From assembly GCF_037042905.1 (NCBI RefSeq), contig NC_087259.1, forward strand, positions 6,572,001 to 6,636,000: 64,000 nt of DNA, read 5' to 3'. The notes under the pieces were generated by a model. It was not told the origin of the DNA and made no database searches. It was given only the letters and a program-made list of their open reading frames with translations. Origin of the DNA: Lytechinus pictus. Lineage: Eukaryota. Positions 1 through 14,196 of this stretch are shown in pieces. The translations under genes were made by a program, and so were the position numbers. Every line of letters starts with the position of its first letter. Position 1 is the stretch's first letter.

Positions 1-3000
1 GTACACCCCGCACACACACACCCCCCACACACACACACAGTTAGCCCATGGACAGCCTGACTAGTTTCACTGCTTTTACTGCGTGGGTGGCGATCTCTCC
101 CGCCCTCTCTCGCTCTATCTCCTCACCGCGATAACCTTGACCGCTACCCACAATGCACTTGAGTTCGTAACACAGCCGGTAAAAAGTGCAGCCGTCCTGT
201 CGCGTAGGAGAAAAAAATAGGTCCAACACAACGAATATTCCAAACCGTGGAGAAGTGGTGTAAATTGAGCCTTAACAAAAAGGTTGTCGGTATTAATAGA
301 CAGTCCACCCTCTACCCCATTGGGAGACCATCTACATGGTCTGTTTATTGAATTGATCGCTGACTTCCATCGTGGCCATGGCCTATAGTGCTAGCGACGT
401 CACGCCGTGTCGATCTACAGGTTCAGAGAGAGAGAGGGACAGAGAGAGGGAGAGAGGGAGAAAGGGGGAGAGAGAGAAGGAGGAGGGCACCCCTTCACAG
501 ATAGAAAGAGGTATGAGATACGATAGTGATAAATGCTTCTGCACAACAAATGTTCCTTATGACATTCTATAAAACTTTTAATATACATGAAATATACATT
601 TTTGCTTTGAAAAAATGTTTTCTTTTGCATAAGATGAACACGTTTGCCAAAAAATGAATAATCTCATTAGAAAATTTTGATCCTGGGCAAACATCAATAT
701 ATCAGATTCTATATAAGACCTTGTATGGCTGATATATAAACACGACTACACCGAAACAGCTCTCAAACAAAATGTTTGACAATAAGCTGTTTCAATAGAC
801 TGTGATAAAGAGAATAAGCATTAAATTTTAGCAATTATTTGGAAGTTTATGGTTTGCTACATCAAAGCGTAAATATGAAACGAGGGATGACAGTCATGAC
901 AGTGGAGTACAGATGGGGGGGGGGGGGGGCTTTTCACGACCAAGATTGTTTTTTTTTTTTGCTCATTACGCCACTGAAGGAAGATATACAAATAAATGCG
1001 ACGGTGTCTCGAAATTACCTTATTCATCTGGGTTTTCCGTGCACGATAGTGAGATGTCGAACACTGATTTCGTTATTGATATCACCTGACGTCAAGCAAA
1101 ACTCACGCGTCTTTCTGTTAGGGGCAGCCACGCAGTTTTCTTTTCTTTTTTCATACCGTTGATCTGACCCTTTTCCACGGCCTACTGATCTCGAATTGAT
1201 TCACTCGCTATGCATTGTGGGACGACTGAAAAATAGCTACTTCATTATTATTTTGGGGAAAAAAAAATAGTTTCTTTTATATATGTATTTAAGAAATATG
1301 CATCGGCAGGATATTTTGATGGGGGCGGGAATGAGCAACTTGATTTAAAAGGGACGCTATATTTTTCTTCAAAAAAAGAGAGAAGAATACGGCACAGTCC
1401 TACCCTTTTAAAACTCTCTTTCACTTGTTCCTCCTCTCCATCTTTTCTCCCTTTTTTTCTTCACACTTTTCCCCCTGTTTCAGAAAAGAATTTTCCCGAA
1501 AATTGTGAATTGTTTATATTATGTCAATTGAAAGCTGTGATCCAAAGATAGTTCATGTGTATCAATCGTCGTCATCAGATCGTGTCTCTAGCTATTAAGC
1601 CGCGAAAGATATTGTTTCGTGATTCTGTTCATGAAATTAAATTGTTATTTGAATCTACTTCATCTGGTGATTCACCTATGATAGGAAGCTTTTGCAATCG
1701 CGACGCAGCACAATTCCGGGAACATGCATAAGACAATCTATTGTCAAATGCCCTTTATGACAATGAAGTCTTTGTCGAGGGTGAGTTGAAACAGCAGTTT
1801 CTCCGGTGTCTCTGGACAAGCAACATTTTTTTTTGTAATTTTTCGTCAGCTCCGATACGTTGGACGAAACTGCAGTTCCGATTCGCCAATTTTCGACAAA
1901 GACCTCCCGGCTTGTCATTGTGAATTGACTTGCATTTTCAATACATTTGCTTTGTTCTAGGTTTCGTCCTGCATCGCGGGGGAAACCTCCCTGTTGTCAT
2001 TACTGAATGACTTCTGCGAACATGGCTTGTCATCTCAACTAGCTTGTTAATATTGGTAAGCGGTATCTTCGAGCTTCTTCATGAATCATGATTGTCAAGT
2101 GAAACCACGAAAAGCTTAGTGAACACTCCACGCCTGACACAGAACGTAGACATTCGAAGACAAGGAAAATTTGGTTTTCCTACATCAATAGGAGATTATG
2201 ACTTCCCCGAGCGTGCTCATCATCTTGACGAGCTAGTTAATAATATTCGTAAGCGTCTTCGAACTAATGCATTGTTGTCTATATAGCGGCGTATAGGGCA
2301 CAAAATAAAAAGAAAATTAAGGGGCACAACAACGTTTATGTTGGATAGGAAAATTTCTAAGAAAAAGTCAAGTGCAAGCGAGAATTCAGGCTTTTTAATA
2401 GAAAATCAAATTTTGTGATAGATTTCGACATTTCGTTTCTTTTCCTCCCCCAGGTCTTCGTACGTCAGTAATTGTCGATGTAATTTCATAAAAAGGTTTT
2501 ATTAGACAGTGAAGCCTGGCAAATAGCGTGGACATTTAAAGACAGATTATTTCTGGCAAGAATCATTCTCCTTAGCTCCCCTCCCCACCTTCCTCATTTT
2601 TGGAGAAAAAAAAAATCACCATTTTACCCCTAAAATTTTGTGAGGGGCTGCCCTCATTTGTATTGCAACAAGAATTGGATTAACGCATTTGAAACTACAT
2701 TAGACCGACTCTCGTCTTCGCAGACAGAATACCTGATAGCGGAAGATTGGTGTAGAGCTCATCCCCGCGAGGATTAAACAAAATGACGTGTTTGAAATAA
2801 AATTGCAGCCCCAATTATCCCCCGAGGAGACGAATTGTCTAATAAGAGGGGATTTTGGACGGTTTAATAGATGTGGCGATCCCGTTACCGCCTCACCGAC
2901 TGTGTTTTTATACATTAATTTCCATTTTCAAAGGCCATCGGCGCGACTCTTCCTCCCCTCGTCATTTATATCTTCCTAATTACCCTCAGAAAGGTGTGTT

Positions 3001-3870
3001 GTTGGCTCTAGGTGGTGTATGGGAGGGAACCTTTTACCCCTTAATAAACCTCTGCTCTTAATGAAATATATAGGTCATTGTTTATTGCGTTCTTCCTTCT
3101 ACCTGCTGTGCATTCGTCTTTACTTCCTAATATGCCTACTGTAGCCTGTCTCCTATTTTGGATATCAAACAATCGGTCTGGAAAGAAGCCTAGATCACGT
3201 CTAGTTCAATAGAGTGCATAATCCAGCCTTATTTAGAAACTTATTTTGTGTAAACTTTTTATTCGATTTATTTTTACAATGCAAACCATTTCAGACCGAG
3301 TGTTTACGACGCATGCAATTGCACTTTTAAACGCATTTATCTCATTCCACCCCTCTCTCTCTCTTCGTTTTTTTTCTTTTCTCTCTTTCTCTCTCTCCCC
3401 CCTCTCTCTCTCTCTCTTCCCCTTTCTCTCTTTCTTTGCCCTCTCACTTTCCTTTTCCTTCCCATAAATCCTACCCCGTTTTCTCCCTTTCTTTTTTGAA
3501 TCTTCACTAAAATCCTCCTCGAAAACTATAGCAAGCGAACGCCACTCCTGTTTTCGCGAACCTCATAATGCTTTTAGAAATTTAGAGCGAAATAACGATG
3601 GGCGGGAAGCTCATTATGGAATGACGGGGACATCAATCTACACTGATGAATTTTTATGTATAAAAAATATCCTTGAAAAGGGAAAACATTGGCGTTGCCA
3701 AGGTTGAGTCCCAGCCAAGTTCATCTGAGCCACTTTATATCCCTTTTTGCCAGGGATAGACACCCCAAGGGCAAGGACGCGAGTATCCAAGAGAAAGGTT
3801 AAAGATTTTGTTTTTGGACAAAAAAAAAAGTACGTGGTATCATGCGCAATGCACTTACCCAAGCTTTTAA

Positions 3871-4378
3871 AGGGCAAGTTTTCACTGGCGATAAGTCGGT
3901 TTTGATAAAAGCAGAAAAGAATAGAGACAAATATTGGTGAATGTGTGATAAAAATTTATCAAAGAATAAGATATTTATGAGTTATTGATATTTAACACTG
4001 TGTCGTCATGTGCGAGCATGCAGCTTCCCCATATATCATGTAATACCAGTTCTACAAATTCCATTTTTAGGGAAACATGACTAATACGTTTAAATACTTT
4101 TCTCCTAGAAAGGGTTATGAAATGACGTGTCAGATGATATGCATGTATCTACCCTACGTATTGAATATATTTATGTTTTTTAATAAAAAAAAAAAATCAG
4201 ATTTATATTGCAAGGCATAATGGAGGATCCACCACTGGAGCCACCCCCTGTCCTCTGTGACGTCAGAAAACCAAAAGTTCAAACCTTCATAACTCGGCTT
4301 ATTCTTTGACAAATTATCCTCAAACCGTTACCAATATTTTTCTTTAATTTCAACTTATTCTCAGGGTGAACATTCCCT
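3871..4378. mobile_element. Non-autonomous DNA transposon, TTAA-flanked, AG..CT ends (Kolobok-like)
   Basis: ttaa|agggcaagttttcactg ... cagggtgaacattccct|ttaa; related to 7447-8030. Confidence 0.65.
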
Positions 4379-4619
4379 TTAAAAGCATTTTGTAACTAAA
4401 AAGAGTACATAGCATCATGCGGAATGCACTTTACTCTGTATATTCGCTTTTAGAACTAATCTAGGTTCCATAGACATGATAGAAGCTCAATTAGAAAAGA
4501 ATTGGCCTTATTCCAAGAACAAGATAGATATGAAGCTATATAACAAGTGGAGGGTAGACCTTGAAGCACCTATTCAACGGTCGGAGATTATTATCATGTA
4601 CAGTCTTGCAATGGGTTTG

Positions 4620-4926
4620 CACTGTTAGAAAATTTCTACTAAAAAATTAAAAGATCCTGCAGCAGAGTCTCGAGAACACCTGTTATCTTACTGCACTGTG
4701 TAATCTTACATGCATTTGTGTAAAATTACAGAAAATTGGTATTTGGTTTAGGTAACCTTACAAATTTATTGTAATAAAACTGTTTTCCCCTGTTTTAAAA
4801 CAGAACTGCTCTGTAAAATTGTAGAAAATCTTTCCTGTTATAACAATTTACAGAATGATTTGATTATTTCTTTCTGTAAAAACCTTTTTTTTTTCCTTCT
4901 GTAAAATCTGTTTTTTTCTAACAGTG
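4620..4926. mobile_element. CACTG-ended MITE with 2-bp TSD (EnSpm/CACTA-like)
   Basis: tg|cactgttagaaaa ... ttttctaacagtg|tg; inverted family member at about 45337-45629. Confidence 0.75.
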
Positions 4927-5101
4927 TGGGACATATCATGTTTATTTATGTATTAATATATATTAATTTTGGAACTACCAGGCCAAAACATGGATCCAAT
5001 TGATATTATTGCTCATTATTGCTAAATAAAAAGGATTAAAAAAATATTTCAAACTTTCTCGATTTTCATCCATCTTGCTTTCTACCGTAGATATGAAGTT
5101 C

Positions 5102-5243
5102 GGGGAGCGACTTTCACGAAACGTTCTGTCAATGTTTGTCACCGACAGATGTTGCAAGCTACTGAAGATCCATATATCTGATTGGCTGAGAACAAACCAG
5201 TCAGTGAACATCACTGAGAAGACATTTCGTGAAATGCTCCCCC
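5102..5243. mobile_element. Short palindromic MITE (GGGGAGCG..TTTCACGAAA ends)
   Basis: ggggagcgactttcacgaaa ... tttcgtgaaatgctcccc inverted ends. Confidence 0.55.
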
Positions 5244-7446
5244 GACTTCTTCTGTCAACTGACTGATAAGTTGTCAAAATATAACTGATCATGAACATAT
5301 GGTTGAAGAGGTGGGCCAGTATGTCACCAATTAAAAGCGGGGAAGAAATTTGTTCCATATCTTATATGGCCTAGAAAAATGAAAAGACTTGTCTGTAACA
5401 AAGTGGACATGTTGTCTCTTAAAGAGGAGGGAGACATGGTTTTCACAAATAGGGGGATGTTTGGCATTGGGCCTCGATTCACCACTGATTCCCCCCAAAA
5501 TAATAATAAATGAATAAATAGATAGATAAATGAAATAAGCATACAAATTAATAAGTAAAAAATAAATTAAAATTAAATGAAAACAAAATAAACTAAATTA
5601 ATAAATAAATGGATAAATAAATATATAAAAAGTTAGTAATAAGCGTTAACCCACATTGTATAACCATATTATTTTCATACACTGTATATCGTGAAAGGCT
5701 TTGTAGTTGCTAATATAAACACCCTTTTGGCAATCATCGGTAATGCAAGATTTTGACATCGGATTTCCCCACTCAGAGTATTAAGTCTTAATCCATGAAA
5801 CACATACTGATGTTTTAAAAGAGCCTAATGTATGGTACTGATGTTTAGTATCGCCTTGGAGACATTTTCGTTTGATCGATAACATTTGTTCCCCTTTGCA
5901 AAATTCTATTTTGGTGATGAACAAGATTTCGGTGTTTAGGAATCCAGAAAGTTGAATGTTAAAATTCGTTCCCCTATTGTGAAATTATGGGGTATTTGCA
6001 CTGCGACGCAGAGAGATCAATGCTAGCACACATAGCAAATGCAGTGAAAGTGCAAGGCAAATGACAATGATAACCTGAGAGGTCTTTGTCGAAAATAGGT
6101 GAATCGGAATAGTATTTTCGTCCGACGTTTCGGAAATGACGAAAAATTGCATATATGTTGTTGGTCAGTAACAGACGAAACTGCGTTTCGATTCACCTAC
6201 CCTTGACATAGGCTTCATTGTCATAAAGAGCATTTGACAATAGATTCGTTTCGTTCCAGCAAGCGTCTGCGTAGCTGTTGCGAAATATAGCCTTTGCGCA
6301 GAACAATACTCAGTCTCAGCCAAAATTGTGTCAACTATACAGCTGTTCTCAGTCTTCATACTTTCAAATTTTCGACCCATGCACGTGATCCACAAACTAC
6401 CAAGGAATATTAAGATAACAGATTAACTGTTTTGCCCTTGGGGGATGACCCTTTAGCGCGTTGCACTACCCGCAGTCCCATTAATTCATATCCGCGTTGG
6501 TTTGTCAAAGTCATGACAACGATTCTTGTTTATCTGACCTAATAAACTGACCCCGAGTGAGGATTTATCGGCGGAAAATATTCCAAATTTTTTACTTGTT
6601 ATTTTCAGAGGTGAATGATATATTGGCGAAACTGCCGAATGTATATTCTAAAATTCGTAGATTTCTGTGCCAACAAAAGTGATTTATTACACATAATTTC
6701 ATTTTTAGTTTTCATTATGATTATTTGGTGTACATTGTAAAATATAACTTGAGAACGTAATCTATTTTGGCAAGTTTCCAAATCAACTCGCGCCAATGTT
6801 GAAAACGCACACAAATTTGTATTTGAATAATTCTTAATATTTATTTTGCCTCTCTTTGCTCGATTCATGTATTTAACAAGAGGGAAGGACGTGGGCGAAC
6901 TGACCTTTAGGTTACTTGAATGAATAGGAAGTTACTTTCATGGAAAAGACCGGCGCAGGGAATCTGCACCCCCTCTCCCAGTGCTTGGTCTGCGTTGAAT
7001 CCAGATATAACCCCTGCAGCAGTTGTTAAATGTTCTTGTATCATTTGATTTTGTAAATATCCCAAATGAGTACACATATCATACATTCGATCGTTAATTT
7101 TGTTACAGCGCCATTTTGTTGTTATTGTTGGATGGTAGGCCCACTATTTACATGATTGCATTGATTGTCAATGTAATTATTGTTTATTTCTATACCTCTA
7201 TATTGTAATTTACTCAATTCAAGTCTGTTTCTTCGTCCCTTTTATCTGACATTTCCGATGTGGGCGAATATTTATAGAAAAAAGTTTTTCATCGTTAACG
7301 CAAAATTGTCCCTTCCGGCAATCAAACTTTATTGGTGCCACTCTCGTAAAATTCCCATTTCAAAATTGAGAACGAAGAAGCATGGTCCTTTCTCTATTTA
7401 ATATGTCCATGATAGAAGATAGTAAGGCAAACGCTCAAATGCTTAA

Positions 7447-8030
7447 AGAGGAAGTTCACTCTGACAAAAAGATTATTTTAAAAATAGCATGAAAAAAAAA
7501 ATATTGGGGAAAGTTTAAGGAAAATCCATCAAAAAATAAAAAAGTCAATAGAATAGTAATTTTTAGATTTGTGCCGTCATATGCGAGCGGCTTTTTAAAA
7601 AAAATCGATGAAATGTCTTTTACAAAAAAAATGAAAAGAGTTTAATTGCACCTTGTGTATATCAACACACATATTATTTCATACCAACTCCTGAACAATA
7701 CGAAAATATTTATTCACCATGAACCATTAAAAATGTAAAATTTATGCATTTTGTGATATTACATAAGGGGTTTTCACAATTGCTCGTGCGATTGTTTGCG
7801 ATCATTTTTGGTCACAATATATATTGCACAGAATCGCAACGGTTGTAAGCAGTCGTACCACCAATTGTGAAAGGGGCTTAAGGGGCAGCTGCTCGTGTAT
7901 GACGTCCCAAATCAAAGATTTAACATTCAAACAACTTTCGTATTCTTTAATGGATTTTTCCCAAACCAATATTTTTTTTTTTTTTTCCTGATATTTTACA
8001 ACAAACTTTTCGTCAGGGTAAACCTCCCCT
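7447..8030. mobile_element. TTAA-flanked Kolobok-like MITE
   Basis: ttaa|agaggaagttcactctgacaaaaag ... cttttcgtcagggtaaacctcccct|ttaa. Confidence 0.7.
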
Positions 8031-9188
8031 TTAACAAGGAACCAAATGAGATCAAGTGACAGCTGAATTATGTTTGAGGAAGAAAGTGTTAAAACGGATG
8101 GATCATGAGTGCTAAGCAAAGGTCAATGGGAAAGGATGTAACAGTAATTGCATTTTAATGCTACGTATACGTCAAAGAAGCTGTAGAACATGAGACACAG
8201 AAAACAGATAGATTATAATGCAGAGTTAGAAATCGTCCCGGGAGTTCTGAACACTTCACAACTGGAACTCTAGCTATACTAATTACCGAGGGTAAGAGAC
8301 GTCCCTTGGAGGAAAGAGAGGGGGGGGGCGATGGATCACCCTAAACGTTGGAAATATTGGGGTGCAAAGATATCGATTTGCACCCCCTTGAATTTTGACA
8401 GCTTGAAAAATATCGAATATACAGTGCAAATATATGCAAAAAGCATTAAAAAAAATAAAATCTAGAATTGAAAGGGTGGAAAGGGGTAATACACGACCTT
8501 AACATTAGTAAGTCAGGCACGTCAGACTTGGACAATTCTTGGTTTCTTAAAACTTACTTCAACTGAACCTTTATCTTCATGTCACCAATTTCTGTCAAAA
8601 TTCGACCAGGAAAAAAAAAGTTTTTTTGTAGTAGTAGACAATTATGACATAAAATATCATCTTGCAATTTAGGTCAGTAACATAACCGTCTTTTACTATG
8701 ATGACTGACAGGTAGTCCTCGGAAAAAATAACGTATGACTCGGACTTCTAAATTACAGTTTTCTTTATTTTCTTTTATCTTAGTCATAATTTATCAATGG
8801 GAAATTGGAACGATTTTGAGCTCGGTGCCTACGGATTCAGCCGTTCAAGCTATAAATTAGGCATAGGATGAATTAATTAGACGGGCTGCCTTGTCTTCCT
8901 GCGCGATTTGCGGAATGAAAACAAATTTTCCCGGCGAGGCCCTCTTAGATAAATATCACTAATCAGAAAAATCGATGTGCGGGCTTCAGAGACCCGACGT
9001 GACATTGAAGAACGCACTGACCATGGCAATTGGCTTAAAACAACACAAGGCTTCGCACCCGCCACGTATGTCACCTGTATAAACACACCCACACCCCCCC
9101 CACACACACACACACACCCAGGCGCACCCAGGTAACTCTCGCGCACGCTTTAAAAGCTGGGCGCCATTGGCTGCGTTTAGACATAATT

Positions 9189-10400
9189 GGCTCGTATTCT
9201 GAACTCGGGTTAATTAAAACTCTGGTCTTAAACGGAAATGAAACCCTTGAAACGTGTGGGCTTGTGTAGAAACAGAAAAATCCAAGAATAAGATCAATGA
9301 ATGTTTGAGAAAAATCGGAGAAGTAATGAGAAAGTTATGAGCATTTGAATATTGCGATCACTATAATGCTATGGAGATCCTTCCATTGGCAATGCGACAC
9401 AGATGTGTGATGTCACATGTGAACAACTTTCCCTTAATTGGATGGACTAAATGTATCTTTTTGCTCTTTCTTGTGGTGATACAAACTCTTTATCCACAGT
9501 GTATTCTTTGAAAATCTGTATTTTAGAAATAATACATTATTATAATTAGTAGTATTATAGAAAGAATACATGATCTACTGATAGATGTGATTAAAGAAGC
9601 ATTTTTAGTGAAATATATAAAAAAGTAATGGGGAAGTTGTTCACATGTGACATCACACATCTTTGCCACATTGCCAATATGAGGATTTACATTACAGTAA
9701 TGATATAAACTTCAAATGCTCATAACTTTTTTTTATTATTCATTCATTTTTTTTCAAACTTTCGTTGATCTGTTTCTTTGATTTCTTATGTTTTCGCACA
9801 AGCTCTCTTGTTCAAAAAGGTTTCATTTTCCTTTAAGTTGTGGTTCAACTATGGATAGCCAAAATGGCATAAGTCTCTAACAGTAGGATTTCAGTGTGTC
9901 ATACAGCTCATCTTCTCTCAGATCACTCTTAACCGTTTCGGAAAGATAAATAAGATAGCATTCTTCACGAATTAGGAAAGAGCACAGTGAAATTAAGAAA
10001 CATACAATGAAAGGAAAATTTTGACATTTTTGGCTTTCCATAATTTTAGCACAGAGTTAGATCATGGTCTAAGTTGCACCTGACTTCAGAATACGGGCCA
10101 CTGGCTCGTATTCGGAACTCAGGTTCATTTTAACTCTGGTCTTAAGTTGAGGTTTAATTAACGGATATCCAATTGTGGCAGGTATCAAATTTGTCAGCTC
10201 GTCTGACACTCAAATCAATCAAAACTCACTAGGAATAATTGATGAAATAGTTCTCTTTATATCATTTAAACATGAGGAAAGAGCCATGTAAACATAGGAA
10301 CATATGAAATGTAAAAGTAAATTTGAAATGCTTGGCATCCAATGATAGAAACGCAGAGTTTAACCATGCATAATGATATACAGACTTCAGAATAAGGGCC
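9189..10400. mobile_element. Two tandem GGCCCGTATTCTGAA-type MITEs (Harbinger-like), the first interrupted by a Kolobok-like element
   Basis: TIRs ggctcgtattctgaa ... ttcagaatacgggcc (9189-10099) and a second copy at about 10103-10400. Confidence 0.7.
9232..9832. mobile_element. Kolobok-like MITE with TTAA TSD (same family as 47805-48387)
   Basis: ttaa|acggaaatgaaaccctt ... aaggtttcattttcct|ttaa; the empty site ctctggtcttaagttg is seen in the neighbouring host copy. Confidence 0.8.
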
Positions 10401-10797
10401 GCTTTTGTGTCAACTACTGGCTCTCTCATTTAGACAACAAAAAATAATGGAATTCTAGCCGTTGGTTGGTCGAATTAAGCATATGAATTACTCGAAGATC
10501 TCTTTAGTTGTTTATACGGAGTCGTATTTATTCGTATGACTGAACTGAAAATGTGCAAAAACATGTAATTTCACACACCAGCAGTAATTATGTTGTTGAA
10601 CCTTTCCATGATTCCTAAAAACAATCCAGGGGGCAGGGGCAAGCATCCCTTAGAGCCTCAAGAGATGAAAAAGATGGGAAAGGGGGAGAGTATACAGTAA
10701 AGAGACAAAATCGGGGTGTAACTATAAATTGCCCGGGTATTCTGTAAATATAAGTATAAATCGAATTACTCCCCTCCCCTTATGAAAATGCTCTGGT

Positions 10798-11022
10798 GCC
10801 GGTGAAGCGGCAGATCTGGTTCCACCAGCGGATACAATATCCACCGGCAGGTATCTTTCGTAACGGCAGGTTCATTCTTTACTGCTGGGCTGCCGCGGTT
10901 TGAATTTCTTATTATTTATGTTCCTATTAACCTAGATAAATAAAGATGGAAGGTCCTATATGATTTTGAAGGAAATCTAGAACCGTATCTGCCTACATCA
11001 CCAGATCCGCCGCTACACCGGC
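10798..11022. mobile_element. MITE with CCGGTG..GCGGC.GATCTGG terminal inverted repeats
   Basis: gccggtgaagcggcagatctgg ... ccagatccgccgctacaccggc. Confidence 0.6.
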
Positions 11023-11797
11023 CCTTTATCCGGAGCATCAGTTTGCCTTATTAATGGACTTTTGTTGATCGACTTTGTGATAATATTCTCCTCTGATTCA
11101 GTTCCTTCCCCAAATAGGTGCTTGCAGAGATTAAAGAGTTATAAAACGACAGGGGAGAAGTTATGAAACTGCTGAATTACGTAAGCAGAATGTACTGTTA
11201 TCCGTAATATGATAACTATCGTAATGATACCATATAGTAACGTTTATCTATCTCATCATCTTACCGTCATAGATTCATGAGAGAGAGAGAAAAAAAAAAA
11301 CCCACAGAATGTTAAAATGATTGTAGTAATTTTTTACTTCTCAGCTAGCTGTATCCTCTCTTGTTTTAAAATAAATGTTTTTTGTAAGCGATTCGTGACA
11401 TTGGATTGTAAAACTATAAGCCAAATGATTTGTCTGTTAAATAGGAACAATCGACGCAGTAGCAAATACCACAGAACCGTTGATATCTCTCTCACGCTCT
11501 CTTTTTCTCTCTCTCTCTCTCTCTGACTGTCTTTCTATGTACGCCTCTCATTCTTCCTTTGTCGACCCTATATCCTTCTATCTATCCTCCCAATGTTGTC
11601 TCCTCTTTTGATTGGAGACAATTTTCGAAACCTGAGGAAGATTCATCTCCCGCACGAATGAGCTTTGACTTTGAAGTAAGAAAAGCGAAAAATCTCCCGG
11701 TCTCATTACCCCACAACTGTCACTCCCATACAATCATCCATCATCGTTCTTTATAGGCGCCAATTCGGAATTCCTCCGCTCTCACTTATGGCCCACC

Positions 11798-12437
11798 GGG
11801 ACCACTTTCGCTCGAATAAAAGACCCTTAGGAGTTTTCGAGTGCTTGAAATCATGATCACTCTGTGATAGGGGTATAGCATCTATACCTTTGGCTGCGGG
11901 GGTCTTCACGGTTATTTTTTCGCCAAGTAATGCCGTGCAATTAGCAACCCGGAAAATTTCAATATCGAGTGTATCTGTATATGGTGCAGTTATTCGTCCA
12001 TTCAGTAGGGACCACTTTCGCTCAAATAAAAGACCCTTAGGAGATTTCGAGTGCTTGAAATCATAATGACTCTGTGATATGGGTATAGCATCTATACCTT
12101 TTGCTGCGGTGGTCTTTACGGTTATTTTTTCGCCAAGTAATGCCGTGCAATTAGCAAGCCAGAAAATTTCAATATCGAGTGTATTTGTATACTGTGCAAT
12201 TATTCGTCCATTCAGTAGGGACCACTTTTGCTCAAATAAAAGACCCTTAGGAGTTTTCGAGTGCTTGAAATCATGATGACTCTGCGATAGGGGTATAGCA
12301 TCTATACCTTTGGCTGCGGGGGTCCGAGTTCTATACGCTTTATTTTTAACCAAGAATTGCTGTGCAGTAATTAGCAACCCGGAAAATTTCAATATCGAGT
12401 GTATTTGTATTTGGTGCAGTTATTCGTCCAATCAGTA
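11798..12437. repeat. Tandem repeat, 3 units of 210 bp
   Basis: gggaccacttt recurs at 11798, 12008 and 12218; units are highly similar. Confidence 0.9.
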
Positions 12438-12734
12438 TTTCCTATTTTTAATATGTCAATATTCTTCAATCGAAGTCTCGCACATAATCTGGGGGGAAAA
12501 GGTAGTGATTTTCAATATTTCTTAAAAGTTCCTAATTAAAAATATTANNNNNNNNNNNNNNNNNNNNNNNNNNNNNNNNNNNNNNNNNNNNNNNNNNNNN
12601 NNNNNNNNNNNNNNNNNNNNNNNNNNNNNNNNNNNNNNNNNNNNNNNNNNNNNNNNNNNNNNNNNNNNNNNNNNNNNNNNNNNNNNNNNNNNNNNNNNTC
12701 TTCGTAATGCAGTAGTAGTGGTGGTGGTGGTAGT

Positions 12735-12768
<34 letters not shown>

Positions 12769-14196
12769 GTAGCAGCAGTAGTAGTAGTAGTAGTAGTAGT
12801 AGAAGTAATAGTAGTAGTAGTACTATTAATAGTAGTAGTAGTAGAANNNNNNNNNNNNNNNNNNNNNNNNNNNNNNNNNNNNNNNNNNNNNNNNNNNNNN
12901 NNNNNNNNNNNNNNNNNNNNNNNNNNNNNNNNNNNNNNNNNNNNNNNNNNNNNNNNNNNNNNNNNNNNNNNNNNNNNNNNNNNNNNNNNNNNNNNNNNNN
13001 NNNNNNNNNNNNNNNNNNNNNNNNNNNNNNNNNNNNNNNNNNNNNNNNNTATCACAGCTACTAAGTTTGATGCTTGCACTAGCATTTTGCTCTTTTACTA
13101 TTTAACCTCTGATTTCTTCTTGCAATTACTCATCAATCCTTCAGGCCTATACGTTTTCTTGAAAGTAAAAAATAAAAACCTTGGTTTGTAGGTAGGCGAA
13201 GATATCTATCATTATCACTGGAGGCCTTAGACGAATCAGGCCAATCGGCCATTATAATCCAATTCCGAACCTTATAAATCCATTTCCATCGACATTTCCT
13301 GCTCTTTGTGGGAGCATGGATTATTTGCCTGGCTTTGAACGGTCTTGTCCCCGGGGAGTACCTGATTTGGTAGCTTTTAAAGATTTCGAGAGGGATCGCT
13401 ACCATTGCTGACGTCATAGACGACTGGTTGACTTTTTAAATTTGGGATGAGTGGGTGATATCAGATACCCCTAACTAGGATGAACAGTCAATAGTAATAG
13501 GGGAAAACGAGAAGGTCGTCAAACCCGGGTCCATCCAGAGCATTTTAAAGAGGGCCGGGAGCATACTACTAATGATCGAAGCTCTTTTTGGCAGCGGGTA
13601 ATACGCCATCTACGTCCAATTCTGCGATTATGCCCGTATGATTGAATAGCGTATGAGGAAGACGTGAAGAGACCAAAACAAAGACGACAACATTTAATAT
13701 ATCAAATAACACTATTTATATTCTTATCGAGTCGATGTTATTTTCATCCCTTTTATGCAATACAGTAAATTCCATGTTCCACTATGTGTTTTGTGAAACA
13801 GGTGGTATTAATTTACATGCAAACATACATTTTGTATTATTTTGACATTGTGTAATGAGCTAGATAATTTATACAATTTTTACTTGAATGATCAATAAAG
13901 ACTTCTGTAAAGCAAAACAAAATTAACCATTGTAGTGAGTATCAGTTAAATCTCCGTGATTTAACTTAATTGTGGTGTTCTATGTTTATACCTATTTTGA
14001 CTGTCATTGGATTTTTCTTCCTAAAACTCTTCAGTGTGCCTCTTGTAGCAAAATGCGATTATACTCTCATTATTGAATGGTGTATTTATACATATATATA
14101 AGCAATGCGTTAAGAGCTCAAAGCAATGCCGACATCATTAAATGTATCGACAAAGCACTATACAGACCTTGGTTCATCATTCATAATGTGTTTTGT

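Noticed and set aside
4975-5546. Cluster of overlapping 60-130 aa ORFs, considered as the missing GPCR 5' exon
   Set aside because: No TM1-3 motifs (GN, LAxxD, C...D), mostly the wrong strand, and it spans a palindromic MITE.
11631-11670. ctgagga-agattc...gaat motif resembling a second hammerhead
   Set aside because: It lacks the GAAA core and a closing stem I; too degenerate to support.
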